50,420 nt of DNA from an uncultured Acidobacteriota bacterium. GTDB taxonomy: Bacteria > Acidobacteriota > Terriglobia > JAJPHL01. Location of the stretch: positions 1 to 50,420 of the forward strand of contig CAZRND010000001.1 of assembly GCA_964601345.1 (NCBI GenBank), given 5' to 3'. The position numbers were made by a program, and so were the translations under genes. This document shows, piece by piece, positions 25,193 to 34,327 of the stretch (position 1 is the first letter of the stretch; every line of letters begins with the position of its first letter). The notes below the pieces were generated by a model. The model made no database searches. It saw only the letters and a program-made list of their open reading frames with translations, and was not told the DNA's origin.

Positions 25193-25267
25193 CACTGAGT
25201 TTTAGGAGCGCTTGGATAGAATGTGATTTGCGAGAAACAGTTGCCGGGCTGACTAACCCTCGCCGGA

Positions 25268-26338
25268 CTACGGTTTCTTCTCTTCCGGAGTGTCGAACGT
25301 GATCTTGGATTCGGCGCTGAACTTGCGATAGAGGCGGAACTCGATTTCGTTTTTCGTCGTCAGGCGGCCTTCGGCCATCAGCACCGTCGCTCGCTTCGGC
25401 AGCAGAAAAATGATCCCGGATATGTCCACGAACTCGTACTCCAGCGTCGTGTCCGCCATGTTCACCGGGAAATCGCGCGGGATGTCGATCGCCGTCATCG
25501 TCAGCTTCAGCACCTGCGCGGACTCGCGGTCCACCCACACGCGCCCCCGGTAGGCCGGGATGATCGTTTCCTTCTTGTTGTAGGTGATGTGCCACTGCGA
25601 GTGAATCTGCTGCACGCCGTACACGTAAACTTCCGCCGCGCGACCGTTGATCGCCGCCTGCTTCGACCACGCAAACTTCGTTTCCGTGGCCGGCTCGAAA
25701 ATCCCGAGCAGCAACGACCCGAACTCGCCCGTGCTCACCGCTCCGTTCAGCGCGTCGTAGCTCTTATCCACAAGCTGGTTGTTGACGGTGTTGATCTGGT
25801 AGCTCTCGCCCTTGCCGCGCTCATAACTCAGCCGCGCCTGGATCGTGTCGAGAAGACGCCACGAGCCTCGTCCAGTCGGATCGGCATGACGCTTGGTCTG
25901 CTGCACGCAAATGAAGCTCGGCAGATTCGCGGTGTAGGACAGCGCGCGGTTGCGGGCGCGCTCGAGCAACTCGTCCTGACCCGCCACATTGAGCGGCGGC
26001 GGCAGCGGGATCTGCTTCTCCGGCTCCGGAATCGACGTGGCCGCGGCCAGCGACGGCGGCGCCTTCTGACGCGTCTCGGACGCCTTGGCGAGCGCCGCGA
26101 GCACGCCATCGGTGGCGCCTGCTTTCTTGAACGAGCGGCGCAGCGGTTCGGTCAGCCGGAAATCGACGCCGCGCTTCTGCACCTGTTCGATGATGTTCGC
26201 TTCCCCGATCGTCTGGATGTAGCGCAGTTGCAGGTAGAGCTGGTCTTCGGTGAACGGAGGACCAACGGTCTCCTTCGGCAGTTCCTGCGCCAGCAGAGAC
26301 AACGCCGCCACCGCAGCGAGCAGGGTAAGGAACCTCAT
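25268..26338 (-). CDS. Secreted hypothetical protein (356 aa)
   Basis: Signal peptide MRFLTLLAAVAALSLLAQ. High-GC codon usage like the flanking core genes. No family recognised. Confidence 0.6.
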   Translation of the reverse strand: MRFLTLLAAVAALSLLAQELPKETVGPPFTEDQLYLQLRYIQTIGEANIIEQVQKRGVDFRLTEPLRRSFKKAGATDGVLAALAKASETRQKAPPSLAAATSIPEPEKQIPLPPPLNVAGQDELLERARNRALSYTANLPSFICVQQTKRHADPTGRGSWRLLDTIQARLSYERGKGESYQINTVNNQLVDKSYDALNGAVSTGEFGSLLLGIFEPATETKFAWSKQAAINGRAAEVYVYGVQQIHSQWHITYNKKETIIPAYRGRVWVDRESAQVLKLTMTAIDIPRDFPVNMADTTLEYEFVDISGIIFLLPKRATVLMAEGRLTTKNEIEFRLYRKFSAESKITFDTPEEKKP

Positions 26339-26383
26339 TCTCTCTATTCTAACACCCCTGTATAATAAGAGTTTCCCCGAGCC

Positions 26384-28144
26384 ATGAACTTCCTGCTCAA
26401 ACTGCGGCCGCTAAAGCCCTATCTCAAGCGCTATCGGGGCAACTTCGCGCTCGGATTCGCCGTGCTCGCCGCGAACAACCTCATCTACGTGACCATCCCG
26501 CTGGTGATGCGCGCCGCCGTCGACACGCTGACGCACTCGCTCACGCGCGAACGCATCGTCTTCTACGCGCTGACGCTGATCGGCGTGGCCCTGGCCAAGG
26601 GATTCTGCCAGTTCTGGACGCGCTCGATTCTCATCGGTATCTCCCGCGACATCGAGTACGACCTGCGGAACGACCTGTTCCGCCACCTGACGGCGCTCTC
26701 GCTCGGATACTACCAGCGTACGCGCACCGGCGACATCATGGCCCGCGCCACGAACGACCTGAACGCCGTGCGCAACCTGCTCGGACCCGGCATCATGTAC
26801 ACCGCCAACACCGTGATGGTGATGAGCCTGGCGATGGCCATCATGCTGCACTTGAGTTGGCGGCTCAGCGCGCTGGTGCTGCTGCCGATCCCGGTCGTCT
26901 CGTTCGCCGTGTATCACTTCGGGCAGCAAATCCACGCGCACTTCGAAAAGATCCAGGCCATGTTCAGCGAGCTGAGCGCCAAGGTGCAGGAGAATCTCTC
27001 GGGGATGCGCGTGGTGCGCGCCTACGCGCAGGAAGAGGCCGAGCTGCGGCAGTTCCGCGAGATGAACGTCGAGTACGTGGAGCGCAACCGCAAGCTGATC
27101 CGCGTGTGGGGACTCTTCTATCCCGCGCTCGAAGTGCTCATCGGGCTGACCTTCGTCATCATCGTGTGGGCCGGAGGCCGCGAGGTGCTGCAAGGACGCA
27201 TCACCGTCGGCTCGTACGTGGCGTTCAACGCCTACATGGTGCAACTCACGTGGCCCATGATCGCGCTCGGATGGGTCGTGAACCTCGGCCAGCGCGGCGT
27301 GGCGTCGCTCGGACGGCTCTTTCAGATTTTCGACGAGAAGCCGGAGATCGCCGAGCCGGCCGATCCGGCCGCGGTGCAGGACGTCGAGGGCGAGATCGAG
27401 TTTCGCGATCTAACTTTTGCTTATGGCAGCAACGGGCAACGCCCGGTGCTGCGCAACATCAACCTGCGCATCCCCGCGGGAAAGACCGTGGCGATCGTCG
27501 GGCACACGGGTTCGGGAAAATCCACGCTCGTCAATTTGATCCCGCGATTGCATGAGGCGCCGCCGGGTACGGTCTTCATCGACGGCGTGGATATCCGCCG
27601 CTTCCCGCTGGCAACATTGCGGCGGTCCATTGGGTTTGTTCCGCAGGAGACATTCCTGTTCAGCGAGACGCTGCGCGAGAACATCTGCTTCGGGCTCGAG
27701 CAACCGGCCGGCGACGAGCAGGTGACTGCCGCCGCGGTGAACGCCGGCCTGCAATCCGACATCGCGGACTTCCCCGCCCAGTACGAGACCATCGTCGGCG
27801 AGCGCGGCATCACGCTCTCCGGAGGGCAGAAGCAGCGGACGGCGATTGCTCGCGCGCTGGTGCGCGATCCGCGCATTCTGGTGCTCGACGACGCGCTCTC
27901 GAGCGTCGATACCTACACGGAAGAGAAAATCCTGCGGCGGCTGAACGAGGTGATGAAGGGACGATCTGCGATCCTTATCTCGCACCGCGTCTCCACCGTG
28001 CAAGGCGCCGACCTGATCGTGGTGCTCGAGAACGGTGAGATTGTCGAGCGCGGCACGCACGCGGAGCTGGTGGAACAGGGCGGCTACTACGCCGGGCTCT
28101 ACCACAAGCAGTTGCTCGAAGAGGAAATCGAAAGAGACGAATGA
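26384..28144 (+). CDS. ABC exporter, fused permease-ATPase (heterodimer half 1, MdlA/MsbA-like)
   Basis: Six-TM ABC_membrane region, Walker A GHTGSGKST, signature LSGGQKQR, Walker B ILVLDDALS. Confidence 0.85.
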   Translation: MNFLLKLRPLKPYLKRYRGNFALGFAVLAANNLIYVTIPLVMRAAVDTLTHSLTRERIVFYALTLIGVALAKGFCQFWTRSILIGISRDIEYDLRNDLFRHLTALSLGYYQRTRTGDIMARATNDLNAVRNLLGPGIMYTANTVMVMSLAMAIMLHLSWRLSALVLLPIPVVSFAVYHFGQQIHAHFEKIQAMFSELSAKVQENLSGMRVVRAYAQEEAELRQFREMNVEYVERNRKLIRVWGLFYPALEVLIGLTFVIIVWAGGREVLQGRITVGSYVAFNAYMVQLTWPMIALGWVVNLGQRGVASLGRLFQIFDEKPEIAEPADPAAVQDVEGEIEFRDLTFAYGSNGQRPVLRNINLRIPAGKTVAIVGHTGSGKSTLVNLIPRLHEAPPGTVFIDGVDIRRFPLATLRRSIGFVPQETFLFSETLRENICFGLEQPAGDEQVTAAAVNAGLQSDIADFPAQYETIVGERGITLSGGQKQRTAIARALVRDPRILVLDDALSSVDTYTEEKILRRLNEVMKGRSAILISHRVSTVQGADLIVVLENGEIVERGTHAELVEQGGYYAGLYHKQLLEEEIERDE

Positions 28145-29994
28145 GCGATCACCACGAGGAAGAAGTACTCGGCAAGGCCTACGACGCGCGCTTGATGAAG
28201 CGCCTGATGGGCTACTTGCGTCCTTACCGGACCATGGTGGTCTTCTCGCTCATCAGCATCTTTCTCTATTCCGGCCTGGCCACGCTCGGACCGTTCTTCA
28301 CCAAGGTCGCGGTGGACAAGTATTTGAAGCACACCACCGAGCACCCGACATTCATCGATCCCTATCTGAGCGCCGACCCGTTCACCGGCCTCTCGCAGTT
28401 GGGCGCGCTTTACTTGCTGGCGCTGCTGCTCGGCTTCTTTCTGCAATACGCGCAGACCTACGTGATGCAGGTGACGGGACAAAAGGTGATGTTCGACCTG
28501 CGCATGGAGATTTTCGGCCACTTGCAGCGGCTGCACATGTCGTTCTTCGATCGCAATCCGGTTGGCCGCCTGGTGACACGCGTCACCACCGACGTGAACG
28601 TGCTTAACGAGACGTTCACGGCGGGAGTTGTGACCATCTTCGGCGACGTGCTCACGCTGGTCTTCATCGTCATCGTGATGTTGAAGCTGAACGCCGGGCT
28701 GGCGCTGGTGAGTTTTGCCGTGCTGCCTCTGATTGCGCTGGTGACTCGCTGGTTCTGCACGCGCGTGCGAGCTTCGTATCGGAAAGTGCGGGCGGCGATC
28801 GCACGGATCAACGCCTACCTGCAGGAGCACGTGACGGGCATGACCGTGCTGCAGCTCTTCAACCGCGAGCGCAAGAGCTACGACGAGTTCGAGTCCGTCA
28901 ATCGCCGGCACATGGAGGCGTTCAAAGACGCGATCTTCGCCCACGCGCTCTTCTATCCGCTGATCGAGATTTTGAGCTCCACCGCCGTGGCGCTCATCCT
29001 CTGGTACGGCGGATGGCGCATTCTCGCAGGCGCCACCACGCTCGGCGTCGTGCTGGCCTTCATCCAATATGCGCAGCGATTCTACCGGCCGATCATGGAC
29101 CTCAGCGAAAAGTACAACGTGTTGCAGGAAGCCATGGCCAGTTCCGAGCGCATCTTCAAGCTGCTCGATACGCCGATCGAAGTGCTCACGCCCGCCGCGC
29201 CGGTCGCGGCTGAATCAGCACCGGGCCGGATCGAATTCCGCAACGTCTGGTTCGCTTACAAAGACCCGGAGTGGGTGCTGCAGGACGTGAGCTTCACCGT
29301 CGAGCCGGGCCAGACTATCGCCATCGTCGGACACACCGGCGCGGGCAAGACCACCGTCATCAGCTTGCTGCTGCGTTTCTATGATGTGCAGCGCGGCGAG
29401 ATTCTACTCGACGGCATCGACATCCGGCAAATGGATTTGACCGCGCTGCGCCGTCGCTTCGGAGTCGTGCTGCAGGATCCCTTCCTGTTCTCGGGCACGA
29501 TCGCGAGCAACATCCGGCTGGGAAGCGCGCATGTGGATATGCAGCAGGTGGAAGAGGCCGCCGAAGAGGTCAACCTGGCTGACTTCGTGCGCTCGCTGCC
29601 GGGGCAATTCAAAGAGGAAGTGCGCGAGCGCGGCGCAACGCTCTCCACGGGACAAAAACAGCTCATCAGCTTCGCGCGGGCGCTCGCGCACCAGCCGCAG
29701 ATCCTGGTGCTCGACGAAGCCACGTCGAGCGTCGACACCGAGACCGAGCACCGCGTGCGCGACGCTCTGAGCAAGATGGTCGAGAGCCGCACGTCGGTGG
29801 TGATCGCGCACCGCCTCAGCACGATCCAGAGCGCCGACCGTATCCTGGTATTCCACAAGGGCCGTCTCCGCGAGTCGGGGACGCACCAGGAGCTGCTCGC
29901 GGTCCGCGGGATCTATTGGAAGCTGTACCAGCTTCAGTACAAGGACCAGGAAACCGGCTACGCCACCAGCGCGCCCGTCTCCGACGTGTCATAA
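28141..29994 (+). CDS. ABC exporter, fused permease-ATPase (heterodimer half 2, MdlB-like)
   Basis: ATGA overlap with the previous gene. Walker A GHTGAGKTT, signature LSTGQKQL, Walker B ILVLDEATS. Confidence 0.85.
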   Translation: MSDHHEEEVLGKAYDARLMKRLMGYLRPYRTMVVFSLISIFLYSGLATLGPFFTKVAVDKYLKHTTEHPTFIDPYLSADPFTGLSQLGALYLLALLLGFFLQYAQTYVMQVTGQKVMFDLRMEIFGHLQRLHMSFFDRNPVGRLVTRVTTDVNVLNETFTAGVVTIFGDVLTLVFIVIVMLKLNAGLALVSFAVLPLIALVTRWFCTRVRASYRKVRAAIARINAYLQEHVTGMTVLQLFNRERKSYDEFESVNRRHMEAFKDAIFAHALFYPLIEILSSTAVALILWYGGWRILAGATTLGVVLAFIQYAQRFYRPIMDLSEKYNVLQEAMASSERIFKLLDTPIEVLTPAAPVAAESAPGRIEFRNVWFAYKDPEWVLQDVSFTVEPGQTIAIVGHTGAGKTTVISLLLRFYDVQRGEILLDGIDIRQMDLTALRRRFGVVLQDPFLFSGTIASNIRLGSAHVDMQQVEEAAEEVNLADFVRSLPGQFKEEVRERGATLSTGQKQLISFARALAHQPQILVLDEATSSVDTETEHRVRDALSKMVESRTSVVIAHRLSTIQSADRILVFHKGRLRESGTHQELLAVRGIYWKLYQLQYKDQETGYATSAPVSDVS

Positions 29995-31079
29995 CCTGCC
30001 AGGATTTCGAGCTTCCGCCGCAGCGTCGACCGTTGCAGCACATCCAGAAAACTTTTCACCGCGGGGAGATCTGCGGTGCGGCGGCGCATCACCAGATCAT
30101 AGCGTTCGGTGTTCAGCGGGATGAAGTCGAGTCCAAAGGCCTGCGCGGCGGAACGGGTCGCGAGGCAAACGTCCGCTTGCCGGGCGACGACGCAATAGGC
30201 CGCGGCCAGATGGCCGTGGGCCACGCGATCGTAGCCGCGGACTTTTCGCGGATCGATCCCGGCGCGTCCCAACAATTTGTCGAGCAGCGCGCGGCTGCCC
30301 GAGCCCGGCTCGCGATTCGCGATCGTCACGTTCTTGCGCGCGAGATGCTCGACCTTGCGGATGCTCTTCGGATTCCCCGGCGCGACGACCAGGCCCTCTT
30401 CCCATCGCGCGAAAGTCACGACGGTGACGTCACCGTCGGGAAATTCCTTGCGGATGTAAGGAAGATTGAATTCGCCGGTCTGCGAATCTTCGAGATGCGA
30501 GCCGGCGATGTGCACCTTCCCTTCCTTGAGCCAGGCCAGCGCCAGCTTGCTCGACGCCGCCGCGGAAACGATCTCGACTCCGGTGGCACGCTCGACCATG
30601 CGGGCCAGCAGCCCGGTTGCGGGATCGCATCCGGCCAGGACCAGCCGCTTCTGCGCGGCGTCTTCTTTGGCTACCACGAGCAGGTCCGCGCGTCCGGCGG
30701 TGCGCGCCGCGCGTTTCACCACGCCGTCGGCTTCCGGCATGTAGTAGGGCGAGGCGCTGACCGGCGCGCTCACCCAGCGCGATCCGATCTGGCAGATGCG
30801 CACCGGCTGGCCCGGGGGAGGCGGCGTGGCGCTTAGCACCTCCGCGGCGAGGGACTCGGCGGCGGATTGCGACTTTCGGCGGAGGGCAAACAGGTCGTCC
30901 ACTGCAACTTCGAGCTCGCGCGCCAGCCGCAGGGCGACCTCGGTGTTCGGGACGTAGGCGCCCGACTCCATGGCGTAGATCGTCTGGCGGCTCACGCCGA
31001 TGCGCCGCGCCAATTCCGACGCGCCGATGCCGCGGTTCTTGCGAATCTCAGCGAGCCGGCTCTCGACTTGTGTCTTCAT
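29958..31079 (-). CDS. XRE-family HTH regulator fused to a periplasmic-binding-protein-like (PBP_like, molybdate/tungstate-type) domain
   Basis: N-terminal LAEIRKNRGIGASELARRIGVSRQTIYAMESG. The C-terminal ~230 aa have the PBP-like pattern (LVLAGCDPA...AWLKEGKVHIAGSH...ANREPGSGSR). Confidence 0.65.
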   Translation of the reverse strand: MKTQVESRLAEIRKNRGIGASELARRIGVSRQTIYAMESGAYVPNTEVALRLARELEVAVDDLFALRRKSQSAAESLAAEVLSATPPPPGQPVRICQIGSRWVSAPVSASPYYMPEADGVVKRAARTAGRADLLVVAKEDAAQKRLVLAGCDPATGLLARMVERATGVEIVSAAASSKLALAWLKEGKVHIAGSHLEDSQTGEFNLPYIRKEFPDGDVTVVTFARWEEGLVVAPGNPKSIRKVEHLARKNVTIANREPGSGSRALLDKLLGRAGIDPRKVRGYDRVAHGHLAAAYCVVARQADVCLATRSAAQAFGLDFIPLNTERYDLVMRRRTADLPAVKSFLDVLQRSTLRRKLEILAGYDTSETGALVA

Positions 31080-34000
31080 CAGAAATGAATCTTGGCCACG
31101 AACTCAAAGTCGCGCGGGTTGCCGGCGCTGGCGATCGATCCGAAGGCTGCGTTGCCGAAACTGCCGTTCGGATCGGCGAGCGGAGGCGTGTTCGAAACGT
31201 TGAACGCTTCGGCGCGAAATTCGAGCTTCAGCCGCTCGGTGATGCGGAAGGTCTTGCCGATCATCAGGTCGGCATTCTGCAATCCGGGCCCGCGCACGGG
31301 ATTGCGGCTGCTGTTGCCGATTACAAACTGTGGCGCGGCAGAAAATGCGGCGGTATTGAAATATCGCGCCACGCTACGCGTCGCTAGGTCGTTCGGATTG
31401 GCGATGCGGGTGGGCCGCTGGATTGCATAGCCGAGGCTCGAGTTGTTGTTCGTAGCCTGCGTCACGGCTACGGCGTCTCCGGTCTGCACGCGCACGAGGC
31501 CCGCGATTTGCCATCCTGAAATCTTCCAGACACGCGGGATATCGTATACCCAGCCGAGCGCAAACACCCGCGGTATATCTCCACTTGACACGTCTTTTTC
31601 AAGATGGCGGTTATAAGCGTCGGCGGCGCCGGTGTTGTTCAACACCGGCCCGGTGAAGATGGTCTGCGAGAAGACGCTCGAGGCGTCGTCGAGTAATTTC
31701 GAATACGTGAACGAAGCGTTGACCGTAAGTCCGTGCGAGAGGCGGCGCTCGAGCTTCGCGGCGAGGGCGTTGTAGCCCGAGTTCCCGACGTTGTCGCGGA
31801 ACAGCGCCACGGTGGTGAAGCGCGGATACGGCCGCAGCAATTGCTGCTGCGCGATGGTGGCTGCGCCCAGCGACGACGACGCCGGGATCTGGCCGAGGTA
31901 AGGATTTGCGACACGCGTCAGAAGCGCCGATCCCATCGACAGGTATTGCGAGGGAAGCTGGTTGCTGTTCCAGTCGGGAATGCCGAGCCGCGTGTTCTTC
32001 GATCCCAGGTACGCCAGCTCGACGTTCCAGTTCCTGCCCCAAGTCTTTTGCACGGTGAGATTCCGCTGCTGCGAGTATCCGGAACCGTTGTGGCGGTCGA
32101 CGCCGAAGACTCCTTGCCCGAGGCCCGAGTTCGGATTCGGAGCGGTCACCTGCACGGTGGGACCTTGGGAGAGCACGAAGGCCGCGTTGACGTTGTCGGG
32201 CGACTGCTGGCCCACGGTCTGCACGAACGGGAATTGCGGGATCGTGTACGGCGTGGTGATTCCCGACTGCTCGAAAAAGATCATCCCGTAGCCGGCACGG
32301 ATCACCCAGCGCTCGCCGACGCGATAGGCCACGCCCACGCGCGGTCCAAAGTCGCAGCATTCGAGGTCGCGCGCGGTGTGCGGAAAGTCGAGCACCTGCG
32401 TCGCCAGGTTGAAGACCGCGCCCTGGTTGTTGAGCTCGGTGGAGGGAAAGTTCAGCGTATAGCGCGTGCCGATGTTCACCGTCAGGCGTGGCGATATTTT
32501 CCAGTCGTCGCCGGCGAACCCTTCGACGATTTGCGCGCGCGACTGGATTACGTTGCGCTGGATGTCGATGGAAAACGCATTCACCTGGCCGAGCAGCAGC
32601 GAGGCGAGCGCGTTTCCGCTTCCCGCGACGCTCGCGCTGTTCGAGCCGGTCGTCGAGAAACCGAACGCGCCGGTCGGATTCGGAGGATTCAGCACGTCGA
32701 GCGCTTCCCGCCTGAAGTCCACGCCGAACTTGAGCGTGTGCCGGCCGCGCACCAGCGTGAACGTGTCCGCCAGCTCGAGGATCGAAGTTGTGAACGCCGA
32801 GTTCGACGCCGTCGTGGGGCCGATCTGCTGGAATCCCACAACGGTGAAGATCGGCGACACCGAGCTGAACGAATTCGCCGGCAGGCCTGGAGCGGCGACG
32901 CCTCCAGATTGGAGCGACGACTGATTCAAGTCGCGGCGGGAATAGCCGGCGCGAAGCTGGTTCAGAGCGTTCGCGGAGAGCGTCCAGTTGTAGTCGCCGG
33001 CGAAAGCGTCGCCTCGCGTGATGGCGTGGCCGATCACGCCCGCGGTGAGGCTTCCGCTGCCGTCGGGCAGCGGAGTCACCGGCGTGTCGTCGTCGTGGAA
33101 GACGGAGTACCGGGCAAAGATGCGGCGCCGGTCGCCGAAGTTGCGATCGATACGGAAATCGGCCTGGTCCTGATCGTCGGGCTCGGTGGCCGTGCGTACG
33201 TAATTGTTCGCCCCGGCGGCGTTGGGAACCGGATAGAGCGCCAGCACCTTTGCCCCGACCGAATCGAAGCGCGTCGCGGGAATCGTATTGCCCGCGAAAG
33301 CTGTCCGCGGCGAGGTCAGCGGATCAAAGATGGTCTGCGTGAAGATGCCTTGCCGCTGGTTCAGCGTCGGTACGACGCTGAAACGCGTGATACCCGTGCG
33401 CAGGCGCGTCCCCTGCCAGTCGACGAAGAAGAATGTTTTGTTCTTTTGGATCGGGCCGCCCAAGGTCAGTCCATATTGGCTGCGCCGGAATTGAGGGTTC
33501 GGCCCCGGCTGGGCGAATAGGTTCCGGGCGTTCAGCGCTTCGTTGCGGAAGAATTCGAAGAGGTCGCCGTGAAGATCGTTCCCGCCGGACTTCCCAATAA
33601 CCAGCACAGTTCCCCCATTTGACCGGCCGTACTCCGGCGAGTAGGCGTTGATGTTCAGCTTGAACTCCGCCATCCCGTCGACGATCGGGTAGTAGACCAC
33701 TTGGCCGGGTTCCGGCTGCAGCACGCTCATGCCGTCGTAGATGTACTCGTTCGTGCGCGGGCGCGACCCGTTGATCCGCGGCAGAAACTGTCCGCTTGGC
33801 AGAGCCACCCCGGGAGCCAGGGTCACGAGCGGAATGAAGTTGCGTCCGTCGAGGGGCAGCGCGGAGATTTTCTTCTCCTCCACATTCAAGCTCACCTCGG
33901 AACTGGCAGTCTGCAGCAAGGGCGCGGCGGCAGTGACCTTTACCGACTCCGTGGCCCGGCCAATCGCCAGAGTGAAATCCAACGACACGCGATCGCCCAG

Positions 34001-34276
34001 GCGCAGCACGATTCCCGACTGGCGGTGAGTCTGAAAGCCGTCTTTTTCCACGGTGATCACGTACTGACCGGCCGGCAACCCGAGCAAATGATATTCGCCC
34101 TGATCGTCGGAGAAGGCGGATGTGCGCGACTGGGTGGCCTGGTCCTGCGCCTCGATCTTGGCTCGGACCACTCGGGCGCGAGAAGGGTCTTCGATGGCGC
34201 CGAAGAGCTCCGCGCGGCCGGCCTGGCCCAGAGAGAGGAGCGGCGCAAGCAACAAGAGGAGTAGTTGCCTATACAC
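31079..34276 (-). CDS. TonB-dependent outer-membrane receptor with carboxypeptidase-regulatory-like N-domain
   Basis: 1065 aa. Signal peptide, IEAQDQATQSRTSAFSDDQGEYHLLGLPAGQYVITVEKDGF, LPLDGRNFIPLV plug region, terminal ...EFVAKIHF. Confidence 0.85.
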   Translation of the reverse strand: MYRQLLLLLLAPLLSLGQAGRAELFGAIEDPSRARVVRAKIEAQDQATQSRTSAFSDDQGEYHLLGLPAGQYVITVEKDGFQTHRQSGIVLRLGDRVSLDFTLAIGRATESVKVTAAAPLLQTASSEVSLNVEEKKISALPLDGRNFIPLVTLAPGVALPSGQFLPRINGSRPRTNEYIYDGMSVLQPEPGQVVYYPIVDGMAEFKLNINAYSPEYGRSNGGTVLVIGKSGGNDLHGDLFEFFRNEALNARNLFAQPGPNPQFRRSQYGLTLGGPIQKNKTFFFVDWQGTRLRTGITRFSVVPTLNQRQGIFTQTIFDPLTSPRTAFAGNTIPATRFDSVGAKVLALYPVPNAAGANNYVRTATEPDDQDQADFRIDRNFGDRRRIFARYSVFHDDDTPVTPLPDGSGSLTAGVIGHAITRGDAFAGDYNWTLSANALNQLRAGYSRRDLNQSSLQSGGVAAPGLPANSFSSVSPIFTVVGFQQIGPTTASNSAFTTSILELADTFTLVRGRHTLKFGVDFRREALDVLNPPNPTGAFGFSTTGSNSASVAGSGNALASLLLGQVNAFSIDIQRNVIQSRAQIVEGFAGDDWKISPRLTVNIGTRYTLNFPSTELNNQGAVFNLATQVLDFPHTARDLECCDFGPRVGVAYRVGERWVIRAGYGMIFFEQSGITTPYTIPQFPFVQTVGQQSPDNVNAAFVLSQGPTVQVTAPNPNSGLGQGVFGVDRHNGSGYSQQRNLTVQKTWGRNWNVELAYLGSKNTRLGIPDWNSNQLPSQYLSMGSALLTRVANPYLGQIPASSSLGAATIAQQQLLRPYPRFTTVALFRDNVGNSGYNALAAKLERRLSHGLTVNASFTYSKLLDDASSVFSQTIFTGPVLNNTGAADAYNRHLEKDVSSGDIPRVFALGWVYDIPRVWKISGWQIAGLVRVQTGDAVAVTQATNNNSSLGYAIQRPTRIANPNDLATRSVARYFNTAAFSAAPQFVIGNSSRNPVRGPGLQNADLMIGKTFRITERLKLEFRAEAFNVSNTPPLADPNGSFGNAAFGSIASAGNPRDFEFVAKIHF

Positions 34277-34327
34277 GACTCTGTCACTTTAGCACGTCAT
34301 GGCTCCTTGGTCCAGAGCAGCGATATA

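Noticed and set aside
19474-25216. Short shared strings at the two island borders (CAGAAC and TAGGAGCG near 19474-19490 and near 25146-25216) could be att-like direct repeats.
   Set aside because: They are only 6- and 8-mers with different spacing at the two ends, which is compatible with chance. No integrase or tRNA is present.
26361-26366. A perfect TATAAT lies 17 nt upstream of the ABC exporter ATG.
   Set aside because: There is no acceptable -35 at 16-18 nt (TTCTCT). A single AT-rich hexamer in a 45-nt divergent gap is weak evidence, so it is not listed as a feature.
34265-34327. Several track ORFs have upstream extensions. Examples are lpxB from 34265, the kinase from 5401, the membrane protein to 40496, the M20 peptidase from 44413, MidA to 38465 and FecR to 14723.
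   Set aside because: The extensions overlap neighbouring genes and are Arg/Pro-rich. They precede obvious signal peptides or conserved N-termini, so internal starts were preferred.
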